The notes below the pieces were generated by a model. That model searched no databases, had not been told where the DNA came from, and saw only the letters and a program-made list of their open reading frames with translations. DNA of 64,000 bases from Eledone cirrhosa (taxonomy: Eukaryota), in contig OZ024760.1 of NCBI GenBank assembly GCA_964016885.1, positions 5,022,001 to 5,086,000 on the forward strand, given 5' to 3'. A program made the position numbers and the translations under genes. Positions 15,001 to 29,800 of this stretch are shown piece after piece. Position 1 is the stretch's first letter. The number at the start of each line of letters is the position of its first letter.

Positions 15001-17321
15001 CTCTATGCTGTAAGCATGGCGTCTGACCCGCTACCAATACTGCCAATTGATGATGGCAATAATGGTGATGTTAATGATGATGAAGATGATGGTAATGATG
15101 ATGATGGTAATAATGATGATAATGACAAAGATGATGATAATGTTGATGATAGCAATGATGGCAATGATGATGATGATACTGCAGAAAATACCTAGCAATC
15201 TGAACATGATTGGAGAGAAGATGAAAGAAATTATCCAAGAAAACACCTTACCACAGAGTTGTTCATCACTGTGGTCATTACAGTCAAACTGACCATTACA
15301 GAAGCTGTCTGCTGCCACACACTGTCCTGAGGCACACAAAGCTCCGGAACATTTTCCAGCTGGATTGAGAAGAAGAAAGAACTGTACACATCTGTATATA
15401 TATATTTAATATAGAAATGGCTTCTACAGGACTAGAACTGTTTCATTTGGGAGAAATCATCAGGAAGCTGACTGCCCAAGTAATATGGTGGTATTTAGGG
15501 GAAGGTGGAGATTGGGATGGGTGGAGGTCATTGGTTGATGAATTTAAAGAAAGGGGATTCTTTAAAAACTATATTTAGAGAAACAAAGGCAGAAAAAAAA
15601 TTCAAGCTAAGTGTCTGTAGACAAACTTGAGCACATTGAGAGACACTCCTAATTTTTAATGTTCATTTATTCCAAGCAAACAATGGCTATTCATTTGTGA
15701 GGTCTGCAAAAATGGCCAGGTGTCTACAATCACACACACACACACTCATATATATATATATAAGAACAAAAGATGGTTAAAAGAGTTCCATGTATTTTAT
15801 TATGCGCATTTCAAAAACAAATATCATCATGCAATAATATTTGTGTTTTCATCAGATAAAACAGGAGGACATGATATGAAGGTTAAAAACACTTGTGGAT
15901 AGTTCAGTTTTAAATCAACATATGAGAAGTAGTTTTAGATTGATGTGTGATATTGGGAAAAATATTTTATTTAGAGGGGGTGGGGGTGGAAAGGATGAAA
16001 AAAAGGAGATGAGAGTGAAGGTGGAGAGGGAGGAGTATAATGAGGAAGGATGAGATAGGAGGAGAGATGGGTGATAGAGAGAGAGAGATAGCTTTTATAA
16101 CTGAGAAAGATATATTGTTTTACATAGAGAGGTTGAAAACCGTTGGAAGATAATGTATAAATTAAAAGAATTTGAAAATTAACGAAGAGAAAAATAATGT
16201 AAAGTTAAGGTTTGTATATTGAGGGGTTTGATAATATGTGCGAAGAAAAAGAAAGAGTTAATATGTATTGAGAATAATGAGTTAGATGATAGGGAGAAAA
16301 GAATAATGAATTGAGGATGAATAATCTTACGTCAAAAAAAATGTATATGTTTACGAAGGATTTTTACAAGGTGATATAGAGTAAGAATGTGTTGTATTAT
16401 GTAATAATTGATTCTATGTTAGGCAAGAGTGAGAAAAGGTACAGATTAGGGGTTAGATATTAGAAGAGAAGAAAAGGAAGTGATAAATATGGGTGATGTA
16501 GAAAGAGTAAACAAGTATTATAGAATTTGAAAATTAACGAAGAGAAAAATAATGTAAAGTTAAGGTTTGTATATTGAAGGGTTTGATAATATGTGCGAAG
16601 AAAAGGAAATGTTAATATGTATTGAAAATAATGAGTTAGATGATGGGGAGAAAAGAATAATGAATTGAGGATGAATAATCTAACGTAAAAAAAAATGTAT
16701 ATGTTGTATATGTTTACGAAGGATTTTTACAAGGTGATATAGAGTAAGAGTAATGAGTAAACAAGTATTATAGAATGTATAATAACCTTTGAAATAAGGT
16801 AGAAAGATGGGTATATTTTTAAAAGAAGTGTATATATATATGTGCCTTTGAGAAAAAGATTCTAAATTGATAAAGAATTGAATATTAGCTGTATACTTTG
16901 TGAAATGTTTTATGGAATTTATGCAAGCAGATAGAAAACAAGTCAGTGCGTCTATTTATTATACAATCTAGATTAGAGATAATGGTAAATTTTTCATTTA
17001 GACAGAGATTGCAGATTTTAATAAAATATTTTTCCCAATATCACACATCAATCTAAAACTACTTCTCATATGTTGATTTAAAACTGAACTATCCACAAGT
17101 GTTTTTAACCTTCATATCATGTCCTCCTGTTTTATCTGATGAAAACACAAATATTATTGCATGATGATATTTGTTTTTGAAATGCGCATAATAAAATACA
17201 TGGAACTCTTTTAACCATCTTTTGTTCTTATATATTATGTATACTCCAGTCCTACAAACTGTAGAGTGCTTCTTATCCGATATCTGCATTGCTTTATTGT
17301 ACTACAATAAAACTCACCTCC

Positions 17322-17355
<34 letters not shown>

Positions 17356-19758
17356 GAAGGAGGTGTGGTATGGAACCAGATGGACCATAACACACCAGAG
17401 TACTCAATACTTAGGGTAGTAGAGTGGGTAATAGGAAAATGTTTGACCCCGACAGCAGGGCTCAAGCTGTTTCAATGGCTATTTCTGGTCGAGAAATAGC
17501 TGTCGAAACGGCTTGAGCTCTACCGTCGAGGTCAAACATTTTCAACACCATAAACACAGAGCTGGCATATCTAAGAACTGACTAACTGCCTGATGAGGTC
17601 ATAGCCATTCAATGGCTATCATCGAAATATATATAGCAGTAAATAAAGGATTATGAGTTCATGCAATTGACTTGTTTCGTCACTATATATATATATATAT
17701 ATATATAAAACAATTCTTACCTGAACAGTGGGTTTCATCAGAGTTATCCCTGCAGTCCTTGTAGCCATTACACCTGCGAGATCCCATCACACACTGACCA
17801 CTGTCACACCTGAACTGGTCTGAAGAACAACCTGGTATGGTTGTTGTTGTGGTGGTGGTAGATGTGGATGGGAGTAATAGAAACAAGGTGGGTATTGATT
17901 AAAATATATTCATGACATTCAATGAAGTGTACCTGTAATTTAAAAGGACAGGAGTTGTACCTGTATTTCAGAGATACAACAACAACAACAACACCCCGAA
18001 AGGAAGACGTGTGTATTCAGGTTAACAATCATAGTCAATACTTACTGCAATTCTCAGATTCATCATCTGACATTGGGCAAACAGGTTCACCATCACACAA
18101 GTTGACAGGATGGAGACAGATACTGCTGTTTCGGCATCGATAAAACCCATCTTCACAAACTATCAATGGAATGTACAAAGATCATAAGAAGAAATATGGC
18201 AAAGAAAATTTCTGATGATGTATGACATAGCAAAAAGATATAAAATAAAATGTATTACAAAGATATTAAAGGAAGAAATATAGCAAAGAGAAACTTTAAC
18301 CCTTTAGTATTTTCATTACTCTATATATACTATAGTATTTTTGTGTAAAGGCTTTATCTTACATAATTATCTCACATAATATCGAATCTATGAGATTTTG
18401 ATATTATTTATATTGAGAACAATACCTTAACGTCAGTATGAGTAGCCAGTTAGGGCTGGTTTGAACAGAAAAAGGTGAGAGATTTCTGGCTGGATATGGC
18501 TGGTTTAAATGCTTCTGATATTCTGTGGATCCTGTTAAAAGATCTTTGATATGAAGGATTTAAATGCTAAAGGGTTAAAATGGTGAATGACAAAGCTATA
18601 GGGAACATAGAATGTATTTTATAAAATATTGTTGTGTTTTTTTAGTCCCAGCTTTACCCTAAACCAGCAGACCTATGGTTAAAGGTAGCTGATAGTTTTA
18701 GTAAATTGATTTTCAAGGAAGTTTTGGAAGCATTGTGATAATATCCTTCTTCTCCTTCATCTTCACCCACAAATTTCTGGGAGGGTCGTGGGGGTGAATT
18801 TTTATACTGTGATCAGGTTGAAGTTATTGTTGACGACTTTCAGCCAAAGACAGAGGCGAAATAAAGGAAAAGAAAGTGGTAGAGTCAGTTGCATATATAT
18901 ATATATATATATATATATAGTAATAATAATAAATTTGAAGACTAAAATCCAAAGAGGGCTCGATAAGGATAAATATATATCAAATATATAAGAACCGCTC
19001 CAATTAATGACGTATTATATTCGTTTTTCCCCGTTCTTTGCCAGGGAACGTTTCCACGAACCAAAGTATCATCTTCCTGTCTTCCTCCGGTTGCAACTTT
19101 TTTTTGAAATATTCACTTCTGCGTTCACAGATTGACTTTGTTAGTTTCAGAAGATCCCGTTAAGGGTGAAAGCAGCAATTCTTTGCTTAAACTTTAATGT
19201 GTTATTTTAATAAATATATATATATATATATATATATTTATACACAGTTATGTAATAAACAACATGAGATAATTAATTCATTTACCAGGCCCTCTTCCTG
19301 CTATTTCAAACGTTAACTTAATATATTCCTTCCATATAATGTACCGATTGTGTTGTTTCTGTTTACCTTTTACATACACACTTTATATATATACATATAT
19401 ATATAGTAGTAGTGGTGGTGGTGGTGGTGGTGGTGGTGATAGTAGTAAGATATAGAATGATTGCAGTAGTGCACAGGTGTTATTGTAGGCAGTAGAGGAA
19501 CATATTACCTGGTTCAAGAGGTCGGCTAGTTACAGGAGACTGGCTGTGACTGTTCCCTGTAAATATATGTGTATGTATATATGTATGTTTGAATATGTGT
19601 TTGTATGTATATATGTTGGAATATATGTATGTATGTATGTATTATGTTTGAATATATGTATGTTTGTTTCAATGTATGTATGCATATATATGTGTGTGTA
19701 TGTATTTATGTATGTGTTGTCAATTTTTCCTCTATCTCTTCCTCACTTCCTCTCTATC

Positions 19759-19796
<38 letters not shown>

Positions 19797-22700
19797 CTCT
19801 GGAAGGAATCGGCTGTGTTCAGACCTGGTGATGGGATGGGCTCCTCCAGTTTTAAAATGCCCAACACACATGCATAACTCACACATAATATATATCACAC
19901 ACGCACATGCAACTCACACAGATCTGACACATACATATGCACCTCGACACACACACACACACATATATACACAAATATGCAAGATGAACACATGCATCAT
20001 ACATACAAGATGCACACAGGCATGCACATATAGATGTTAAGAACATTCCATAATGTAGCAGTCACTCACCTTTTCTTGTGTCACTTTGGTTAAGCCCAGC
20101 AAAACACCAGTGGGGTTCGTCAATCAACCAATCACAACTGTCCATTAGTATGGAATTATCCCCACAACTTTCTTTCACTTCTAAAATGATTAAATAAAAT
20201 ACAAAAAAAAACAGTAGTAGTAGAGGATGATCACTGTATGAAGAAGTGCCAGGAAATCCCAGTGGAAGGAAGCTACTGTAGAGGTAGACCAAGGAAATAC
20301 CAATGGAAGGAAGCTACTGTAGAGGTAGACCAAGGAAATACCAATGGAAGGATGCTACTGTAGAGGTAGACCAAGGAAATGCCAATGGAAGGAAGCTACT
20401 GTAGAGGTAGACCAAGGAAATACCAATGGAAGGAAGCTACTGTAGAGGTAGACCAAAGAAATACCAATGGAAGGAAGCTACTGTAGAGGTAGACCAAGGA
20501 AATACCAATGGAAGGATGCTACTGTAGAGGTAGACCAAGGAAATACCAATGGAAGGAAGCTACTGTAGAGGTAGACCAAGGAAATACCAATGGAAGGATG
20601 CTACTGTAGAGGTAGACCAAGGAAATACCAATGGAAGGAAGCTACTGTAGAGGTAGACCAAGGAAATACCAATGGAAGGAAGCTACTGTAGAGGTAGACC
20701 AAGGAAATACCAATGGAAGGAAGCTACTGTAGAGGTAGACCAAGGAAATACCAATGGAAGGATGCTACTGTAGAGGTAGACCAAGGAAATACCAATGGAA
20801 GGATGCTACTGTAGAGGTAGACCAAGGAAATACCAATGGAAGGAAGCTACTGTAGAGGTAGACCAAGGAAATACCAATGGAAGGATGCTACTGTAGAGGT
20901 AGACCAAGGAAATACCAATGGAAGGAAGCTACTGTAGAGGTAGACCAAGGAAATACCAATGGAAGGAAGCTACTGTAGAGGTAGACCAAGGAAATACCAA
21001 TGGAAGGAAGCTACTGTAGAGGTAGACCAAGGAAATACCAATGGAAGGATGCTACTGTAGAGGTAGACCAAGGAAATACCAATGGAAGGAAGCTACTGTA
21101 GAGGTAGACCAAGGAAATACCAATGGAAGGAAGCTACTGTAGAGGTAGACCAAGGAAATACCAATGGAAGGAAGCTACTGTAGAGGTAGACCAAGGAAAT
21201 ACCAATGGAAGGAAGCTACTGTAGAGGTAGACCAAGGAAATACCAATGGAAGGAAGCTACTGTAGAGGTAGACCAAGGAAATACTAATGGAAGGAAGCTA
21301 CTGTAGAGGTAGACCAAGGAAATCTCAATGGAAGGAAGCTACTGTAGAGGTAGACCAAGGAAAACCCAATGGAAGGAAGCTACTGTAGAGGTAGACCAAG
21401 GAAATACCAATGGAAGGATGCTACTGTAGAGGTAGACCAAGGAAATCTCAATGGAAGGAAGCTACTGTAGAGGTAGACCAAGGAAAACCCAATGGAAGGA
21501 AGCTACTGTAGAGGTAGACCAAGGAAAACCCAATGGAAGGAAGCTACTGTAGAGGTAGACCAAGGAAAACCCAATGGAAGGAAGCTACTGTAGAGGTAGA
21601 CCAAGGAAATACCAATGGAAGGATGCTACTGTAGAGGTAGACCAAGGAAATCTCAATGGAAGGAAGCTACTGTAGAGGTAGACCAAGGAAAACCCAATGG
21701 AAGGAAGCTACTGTAGAGGTAGACCAAGGAAATACCAATGGAAGGATGCTACTGTAGAGGTAGACCAAGGAAATCTCAAAGGAAGGATGCTACTGTAGAG
21801 GTAGGTCAAGGAAAACCTGGGTGGAGGTGGTGAGAACTGATCTCATATTGCTGAAGCTCATAGTAGAGATGATGAAGGAATTTGACGAATAGAAAGATGT
21901 TATATATAATAATAATGAAATTGTGTACAGTACTCAGGTGCACTACAACTCATCAAAGGTGCATGTATAGTACATAGAATAATGTACAAATGTCAGGAAA
22001 GTGAACAGTGTATGAGTCATGATATATATATGTGTGCATATGTATGGAGCGGGGGGGGGGGGGGTATCAGGTGTAGTGTTGGCGAATTTCAGGAAGCATG
22101 GAGGTTTTAAAGGATGCAGTGTCTCGACAGCTAACAACTGATGCAGGTAGTTTGTTCCATGCTTCAGCAACTCTGAGCGTGAACAAATATTTCCAAAAGT
22201 CATGGGAACTGTTGCAAGTCTGGAAAGAATGGATATAAAAACGATGATGATAATGATGATAATATATATAGGTTGTGAGTTCAATTCTCAGATCGGGTGA
22301 TGTGTTGTTTCCTTGAGCAAGACACTTTATTTCACATTGCTCCAGTTTACTCAGCTGTAGAAATGAGATGATAGGGACTGGGGTCCCTATCATTCCACTG
22401 CAAAGTGGTTGTGTAGGCGCCACAGCAAAAAAGCACCCAGCACTCACTGTAAATGAGGTTGGTGTTAGGAAGGGCAGCTGTAGAAATCAAGCCAAAATCA
22501 GTTCCCGTCCCACCCTTGCAAGCAGGGAAAAAGCAGACGTAAAATGAAATGAAAATGAGAGAGAGAGAGTGACAATAAGAAGTCAGATTTGCAGCTTGTT
22601 ATGAAACTTACTTGGTCTATGTAGACCCATCTAACCCTTGCTAGCAGAGTAAGCAAATGTTAAATGATGATGGTGATGATATATGTGTGTATATATACAT

Positions 22701-23825
22701 ACAATAGAAGTATGGAATCCTACTTACTGTCACAGATGAATTTGCAGGTGTATTTGGAGACACCATGATCACAGTATGGGAAGATAGTTCCGCAGAGCAA
22801 CGTCAGAGTAAGTGGTGCACAGTTACGCTGCAGGATAGGTACAGCTTTCTGGTAAAACCGTACTTTTGCCTCCTGATAGCTCTCATCTCCAAAAACATTT
22901 GGCAGGTAGGTACGAGTGTAGCCCAGTTTATAACACTCTTTGATTTCTAAGGCAATGCAATTGTCTGTGGGTTGTACTGATAGTGGTGGTGGGAGAGAAA
23001 AAAAAAACATTGTTAGAATTAAATTTAGTAGAAATAAAAGCTTTCACCGTATTTTTAACTAAAGAAATTTTAGCCTGATAATGGGGTTTATAACCCTCTA
23101 AAAAATGGAAAAGGATGAGTATTGGAAGGAGTGACTGCATTTTGTCTTCTGCCCTTTTCATTTGAAATAGAGATAGACAGAGAGACAGCTGGCAGTCAAA
23201 GTCTAAAGTTAGGACAATAGTTCAGAAGTTTTGATAAACAGAAGGGTTTTCTCCACATGACCAGCATTGTAGTGGTAGGTTTCTTCTTAACCATTCAATT
23301 ACCATATATAATCGAATATAAGCCAAGGAATATGTAAACAAATGGTAAAATGTGAAGTTGACGTATATATGCCATCTAAACAATGTGTTGATTAGCTGCC
23401 TCAGTTTACAAATGGGATTTTTCACTTCCACCAATTTTTACTACACACGCACACGCACACACACACACACATGGTATGGTGTGGTCCCATAACTCCTGAT
23501 GGAGTCATAGGGGTGTCTTATTGACATATGGCATTTTTGAGACATTTTAAGCCTGGTGGAGCCCATCCCTCTCCAGGCCTGACTACAGCAGATTTCTTCC
23601 AGAAAGAGGAAGAATCACTCCAGTACTAGGCTGGTACTTTTTTTTTATTGACCTGGAAAGGATGAAAGGCAAAGTTCACTTTGGAGGGATTTGAACTCAG
23701 AGAGCTATTTCATCTGATGACCGGGCTGGACGTTTCTGTAAGAATCGTCTAGTTTCTTGAAACCTTTGGTAATGGAATAATTATATTGTGTTGTTTATTA
23801 TGTAATTAAATGAATAAATAAATAA

Positions 23826-23869
<44 letters not shown>

Positions 23870-26800
23870 GAAGTATTTCCGTCGGAAATCCATATTTAAT
23901 AAAAACACCTTGTTATTTATTCATTTTGACGACTGAAGACAGGCATAACATCGGCCTTCAAGAAACCACTGGTAAATGAAATAATTGTCTTATGTTGTTT
24001 ATTACATCACTAAATATATATATATACAGACATGAAAAGTGTGTCTGTGTTTGCACGCTTATATTTATATACTCATACATATAAATGTATGCATACACAC
24101 ATACACATATGTGTCAGCGTATGGAAAAAGATTGTAGTAAATTATAACTTCTCACCTGATGACCCTTTGACACCTGCTGGAGCTGAAGGACAGAGATAAA
24201 AAACAAATTAAATATAAAGCATTGTGAGATATGTAATAAAAGACCAACAATTGGGTAAAACTGCTTTGTTTTCTTTTATTTGTTATCATTTGTATTTTCC
24301 TTTGTTCTGCCTTACACCATCTTGTTTGGAAAGACACAAAATAACAAATCGGTCACTGAGGAGGTCACAGAATGTGTGACGAAAGAACTTTGACATGACT
24401 ATATAAACAACCATCTGGTTATTAAACCAACCAACCAACCGGAAATTTATAATAAATTGAAGTGAAAACCAACAGGTGTTTGTGTTTTTATTGGCAGCAT
24501 GATCCTCCCAAAGTATAACTATATATAACATGAATGGACCTGTTATTTTTATTTAAAGACTTTTTTTCCAATTCCACCCTGCCCATCCCTTCAATCTATC
24601 TTATTACTCATTCTTTCTTCTGATGAAGGACTAGCGTCCGAAACGTTAAGACCCTCTTCCTTCTATTTCAAGCGTTAACCTAATATATCCCTTCGACATA
24701 CTGTACTGATAGTATTGTTATTTCTGTTTACCTTTTACACACACATTCTTTAACATTAACATTATAAAAAACAATAATTATATTTCTTTACAGAAGGGCC
24801 TCAAATTTCATATAGCTTAGGCCCCCAGCAGGAGAACGCCTGGTCCTGCATCCAATATTGAAAGAATGTTTCTTTAAAATGTTTCATTCTACTAACAATG
24901 AGTCTGTAAGTAATGGTACATTCTGTTTTGAAATGATTGTCTTTACTTTAGGCACAAGGCCAGCAATTTGAAGAGGAGGGGAAAGTCAATTAAATCAACC
25001 CCAGTGCATAACTGGTGCTTTATTTATCAACCCCCATAAGGATGAAAGACAAAGCTAACCTCGGCAGAATTTGAACTCAGAATGCAAAGTGTCCTAACGC
25101 TATGCCGCGAAGCATGGTGTCCAACACTCTACTGATTTTGCCAATCCGCCACTCTTCTGTTTTGAAATTATGGTTCTGGATAGTGGTACATCTGGTATTG
25201 AAATAAATGTAAAAAGATGGCAATACTACTTAACAAATACTTACTTGTTGATATCCTATCACAGTTGATCTCGTCTTGACTGTTTGGACAGTCTGGAATG
25301 CCATCACAGACGTAGTTCTCATGGATACATTTACCATTCTCGCACATATATTCATTTTTCATACAAGCTTCTATATCTGGAACATAGAAATACAACAGAA
25401 ATCTTCTCATATGTTTATTAACACACGAGCATATACATCACAAACACATACACACAGAGCTGGCATCTGTTTGGGTATTTATTGCCCTAGACATGCCCTA
25501 CAAATACAGAGGTATTTAGCACTCTAGACTTGCTCTATAACAGGTATCCCCTTCTTCCAGTTATGCACCCCATTTTCTTGAATAAAATAATTTCAACTCA
25601 CAATTTGGCAAGCTGACAAACATAGTTTTTGACACTTCTTGCTCTGACCACATTAAATAAATTACTAAGCCTGCATTTTCCACTATACAGTCCATATCCA
25701 CCCATGCTAAATCATGTTCCAGGTATAAGTCATTGAAAAATAAACATTTTAAATTAAACAGTTTATTATCGTAAAATGTGGGACAGTTTCAGGAGGTTTA
25801 ATTTCGAAAGGGTTAGAGATTCAGGGACAACAAGTCAGAACATGGAAAAAAAATACAGATATTCAGAGTTATTTGTCTTTGCTTATTGGATTATTATGTT
25901 CTCAAATCAGTGACGGTGCTCTCGGCGGCTAATTTGAAGTTTCAATATGAGAACCTGCTGAAGTAATTCAAATAAATTACTGAAAAGACGTTTTATTTGA
26001 GTTAAAATATTGTAAATTCACATCTTTTAAAACCTTTTTTTTTATGTATTACGTGACTAAAATGTATTTTACACGCCAAATGTTACCCAAACGTATTTTA
26101 TACAAGTATGGCAGAATGTTTGTTATTTTAGGTAAGTTCTCCTCTTTTGTATATACGTTTTCATAAATATTTTTAAAAGAAAAAGTTTATTTTATAGTGT
26201 TAGAATATTAATTATAAAAAAATTACACTTTTTTTTTTTGGCGGTTATTAAACAGTTCTTTCATTGATATATTTCTAATTAAACACGCTATATTTCAATG
26301 GAAAATTTTGAAGGATTTACCACAATTATTATTATATATAATACTTGTTTCTACTTTAGGCACAAGGCCAGCAATTACCCAGTGCATTACTGGTACTTTA
26401 TTTTATCGACCCCGTAAGGATGAAAGGCAAAGTCAACCTCGGCGGGATTATTATATATAATACTAACTTTAGATATGGTTCTTATATAAAGTTATGTTAA
26501 AAGACTATAATCTAAATAGGAACCCCGATAGTCATGACTTAATGCGGCCACGCCACCTTAGAGTGTAAGAATTTAAGGGTAGAAACGCTTGAGGGTTAGG
26601 GTCCCTGAAGACCGTCTGCTGTCCAGCTCTCCTCAGAGTTTCTTACTACATGGAACATTATTTATTAAAAATTACACCAGCTTTTGTTGTTAATAATTAA
26701 CTCCTTCGTTACCATATTTCTAATTAAACATGCTATATTTCAATAGAAAATGTGGTTAATAAATAACTCTTTCGTTAACATATTTCTAATTAAACTTGCG

Positions 26801-29800
26801 GCATACGTTAAGACGGGCGTTCCGGAAAGTGAAAGTAAATTTTTTGACAACACTGAATTTTTTTTTTTTTTTTTTTTTTTTTTACAATGAAGGTTACGAT
26901 ACACACGCAATTGTACGATACACACGCAATTGTATGGATTTCTTAATATATATATGTGTGTGGGTGTGTATATGTGTGTATATATGTGTGTACACTGTGA
27001 ATTTGTTTGTTTATTTACAACAGGTCTCTATAGTGATATGGTGTTAATTAGTATTGCGTGTTGTTTATTTACAACAGGTCTCTATAGTGATATGGTGTTA
27101 ATTAGTATTGCGTGTGTGATTATTTTTTCTTTAGATAGACGTTAAACGATGATGATGACACAAAGACATATATATATACAAACACACATATATATATATA
27201 TACATACAGACACATATATATACACACATATACACACCCACACATATATATATATATTAAGAAATCCATACAATTGCGTGTGTATCGTAACTTTCATTGT
27301 AAAAAAAAAACAAAAACAAATTCACAGTGTTGTCAAAAAATTTACTTTCACTTTCCGGAACGCCAGTCTTAACGTATGCCATACATTGTTTAGGCGTTCC
27401 TTACTTTTAGCGGTGTCAAGAATGAAAGTAAATTTATTTTCATTTTCGAACGTCGTGTTTACATTTTATGTGTGTGTTTAAACGAAACATGCTGGCGACG
27501 AAGCTTCTTCTTTGCACGGCTCCATGTGTTCTCTATGAGCTGTGTGTGCACATCAGGGTCCGCAGGATCTACAAAGTTCCGTTCGTGCACCACAACATCA
27601 TGAACGTAAATCCCACCTTCAATTTCCTCAATTTCCGAATAGGAAGCACAACTATCGGAGATGATGCGGCTGCCTGGCAAAATCCACTGCTGAATGGTGG
27701 GGACGAGAGTAGGGCTTCGATTTGGGACTTCTACAAGGCAGCAGCGTCCAGAATGGTGTTCAACAGCGCCGAAGACCCAGTGGCCTTGTCTCCACAGGCC
27801 ACGATGATACTTTCTAGGGAAGTATTTGGATTCTTCTATCTCGACAATGATGGACTCACCATTCTGCAAGCCTCATTACAAGATGGTTGGGCTTCCTATT
27901 CGGAAATTGAAGAAATTGAAGGTGGGATTTACGTTCATGATGTTGTGGTGCACGAACGGAACTTTGTAGATCCTGCGGACCCTGATGTGCACACACAGCT
28001 CATAGAGAACACATGGAGCCGTGTAAAGAAGAAGCTTCGACGCCAGCATGTTTGCGAAAATGAAAATAAATTTACTTTCATTCTTGACACCGCTAAAAGT
28101 AAGCAACGCCCATTGTTTATTTTCTTCATCATCATCATCTTCGTTTAACGTCCAACTTCCACGCTCGCATGGGTTAGACGGGAGTTGTCCCAGTTGAGGC
28201 AAGATTGGTCGGGTTACCGTGTCTCGCTCATATAGGACTATCTGGCAGGTTTTCTACGGCTGGATGCCCTTCCTAACACCAACCACATTTAGTGTGGAAC
28301 TGGGAACTTTTTACCGTGTTACCTACACGACCACATTACAGCGTGGACTGTGTGTTTTTTTGTCGTGACACCTACATGATATCGGACAGAACCCACCCAT
28401 ACACTGTATTGTCATCTTTAATGTTTTCCTAATGTGAGTCCTGTGTGGTTAATAAAAAAATAATTAGTCGTCGTTGTCGGGCACACCTTTCAATAATAAT
28501 AATAATGAAATTATTGTTTTTAGTGCTTAGGTGCACTACAACTCGTCAAAGGTGCATGTATAGTACATAGAATAATTGTTTCTACTTTTGGCACAAGGCC
28601 AGCAATTACCCAGAGCATTACTGGTACTTTATTTTATCGACCCCGTAAGGATGAAAGGCAAAGTTGACCTCGGCGGGATTTGAACTCAGTCCGTAAAGGG
28701 ATGTAACTATGCTGCAAAGCATGGCGTCCGATCTTCTACCGATATTGCCAATCCACCGATAGTACATAGAATAATGTACAAATGTCAGGAAAATGGACAG
28801 TGTATGAGTCATGATATACATGTGTACGTGTGTATGATACGTACACATGTATATCATGACTGAGCAAGATAGGGATTCCAGACAGATGATGCAAATTCTA
28901 AGTGTGGCCGCACCATAGCTATATACAGCTTTAAATCGACTAGCAGAAAAACCACCCTTCGGGTAGTTTTCTGCTAGCATGTGTAGTGTGTATATTGATA
29001 TTATACGCAAGTATATATGCATGTAGATATGATAGATCAAATAAAATCGTAATTGACAATATACACAGAAACTGAACGAATACTGTTATGTAATCAGTAA
29101 CGTAATCCATGATACATTAAAAAAAGACGATATTATATATAAACGGCATTATAGTTTAGATTTAGATAGCCAAAGACCTCTCTCCTCAACATGGCCGTCT
29201 TTAAATAGCCTCAGAACTCTGCTATTTTAGGAGAGAGAAAGATTTAAACTATATGTTTACATGCTCCGTGAGCTAAATAACTTATGTATCAAATTTGAAC
29301 AAAATTGGATGGAAACTGTGGAAATGCATCGCCTGCATATAGACAGACATTTTCGTTTTTATATATACAGTATATAGATAGTTAACTTTACATATGGTTC
29401 TTATATAAAGTTATGTTGGGAGATTATAATTTTACATAGGAACCCTTAAAATGGGTTGTTTTGTTTCATAAACCCACAGCTGGTTTTCATATCGATATTC
29501 ACTCTTCGGTGTTCTATTCTCTTCATATAGCAAATTCTTTCCCCAGACCCCATCAAATCTTACTCCCTAGTTTCTACTCCTGTTTAACAAAAATGGGAAC
29601 ATATTTCAAGGGACATGAGCGTCACTCAGTAACACCATCTCTTTCAGTATATCAACAAATTCGTAAAACATTTTCAGTTTTTTATAAAAACTAACGAGAC
29701 TAAAGGTTAAATCCTATTTTAAATCGCAAAACAACTGAATAACCGTCCCCACCACGACTTATTAACTTTTCAAATGTTTTCCAACCTCTTAACCCCCAAC

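Noticed and set aside
20264-21815. CRISPR-like array or coding repeat
   Set aside because: There are no unique spacers and no cas genes, the context is a eukaryotic intron, and the 41-bp unit breaks frame and contains stops.
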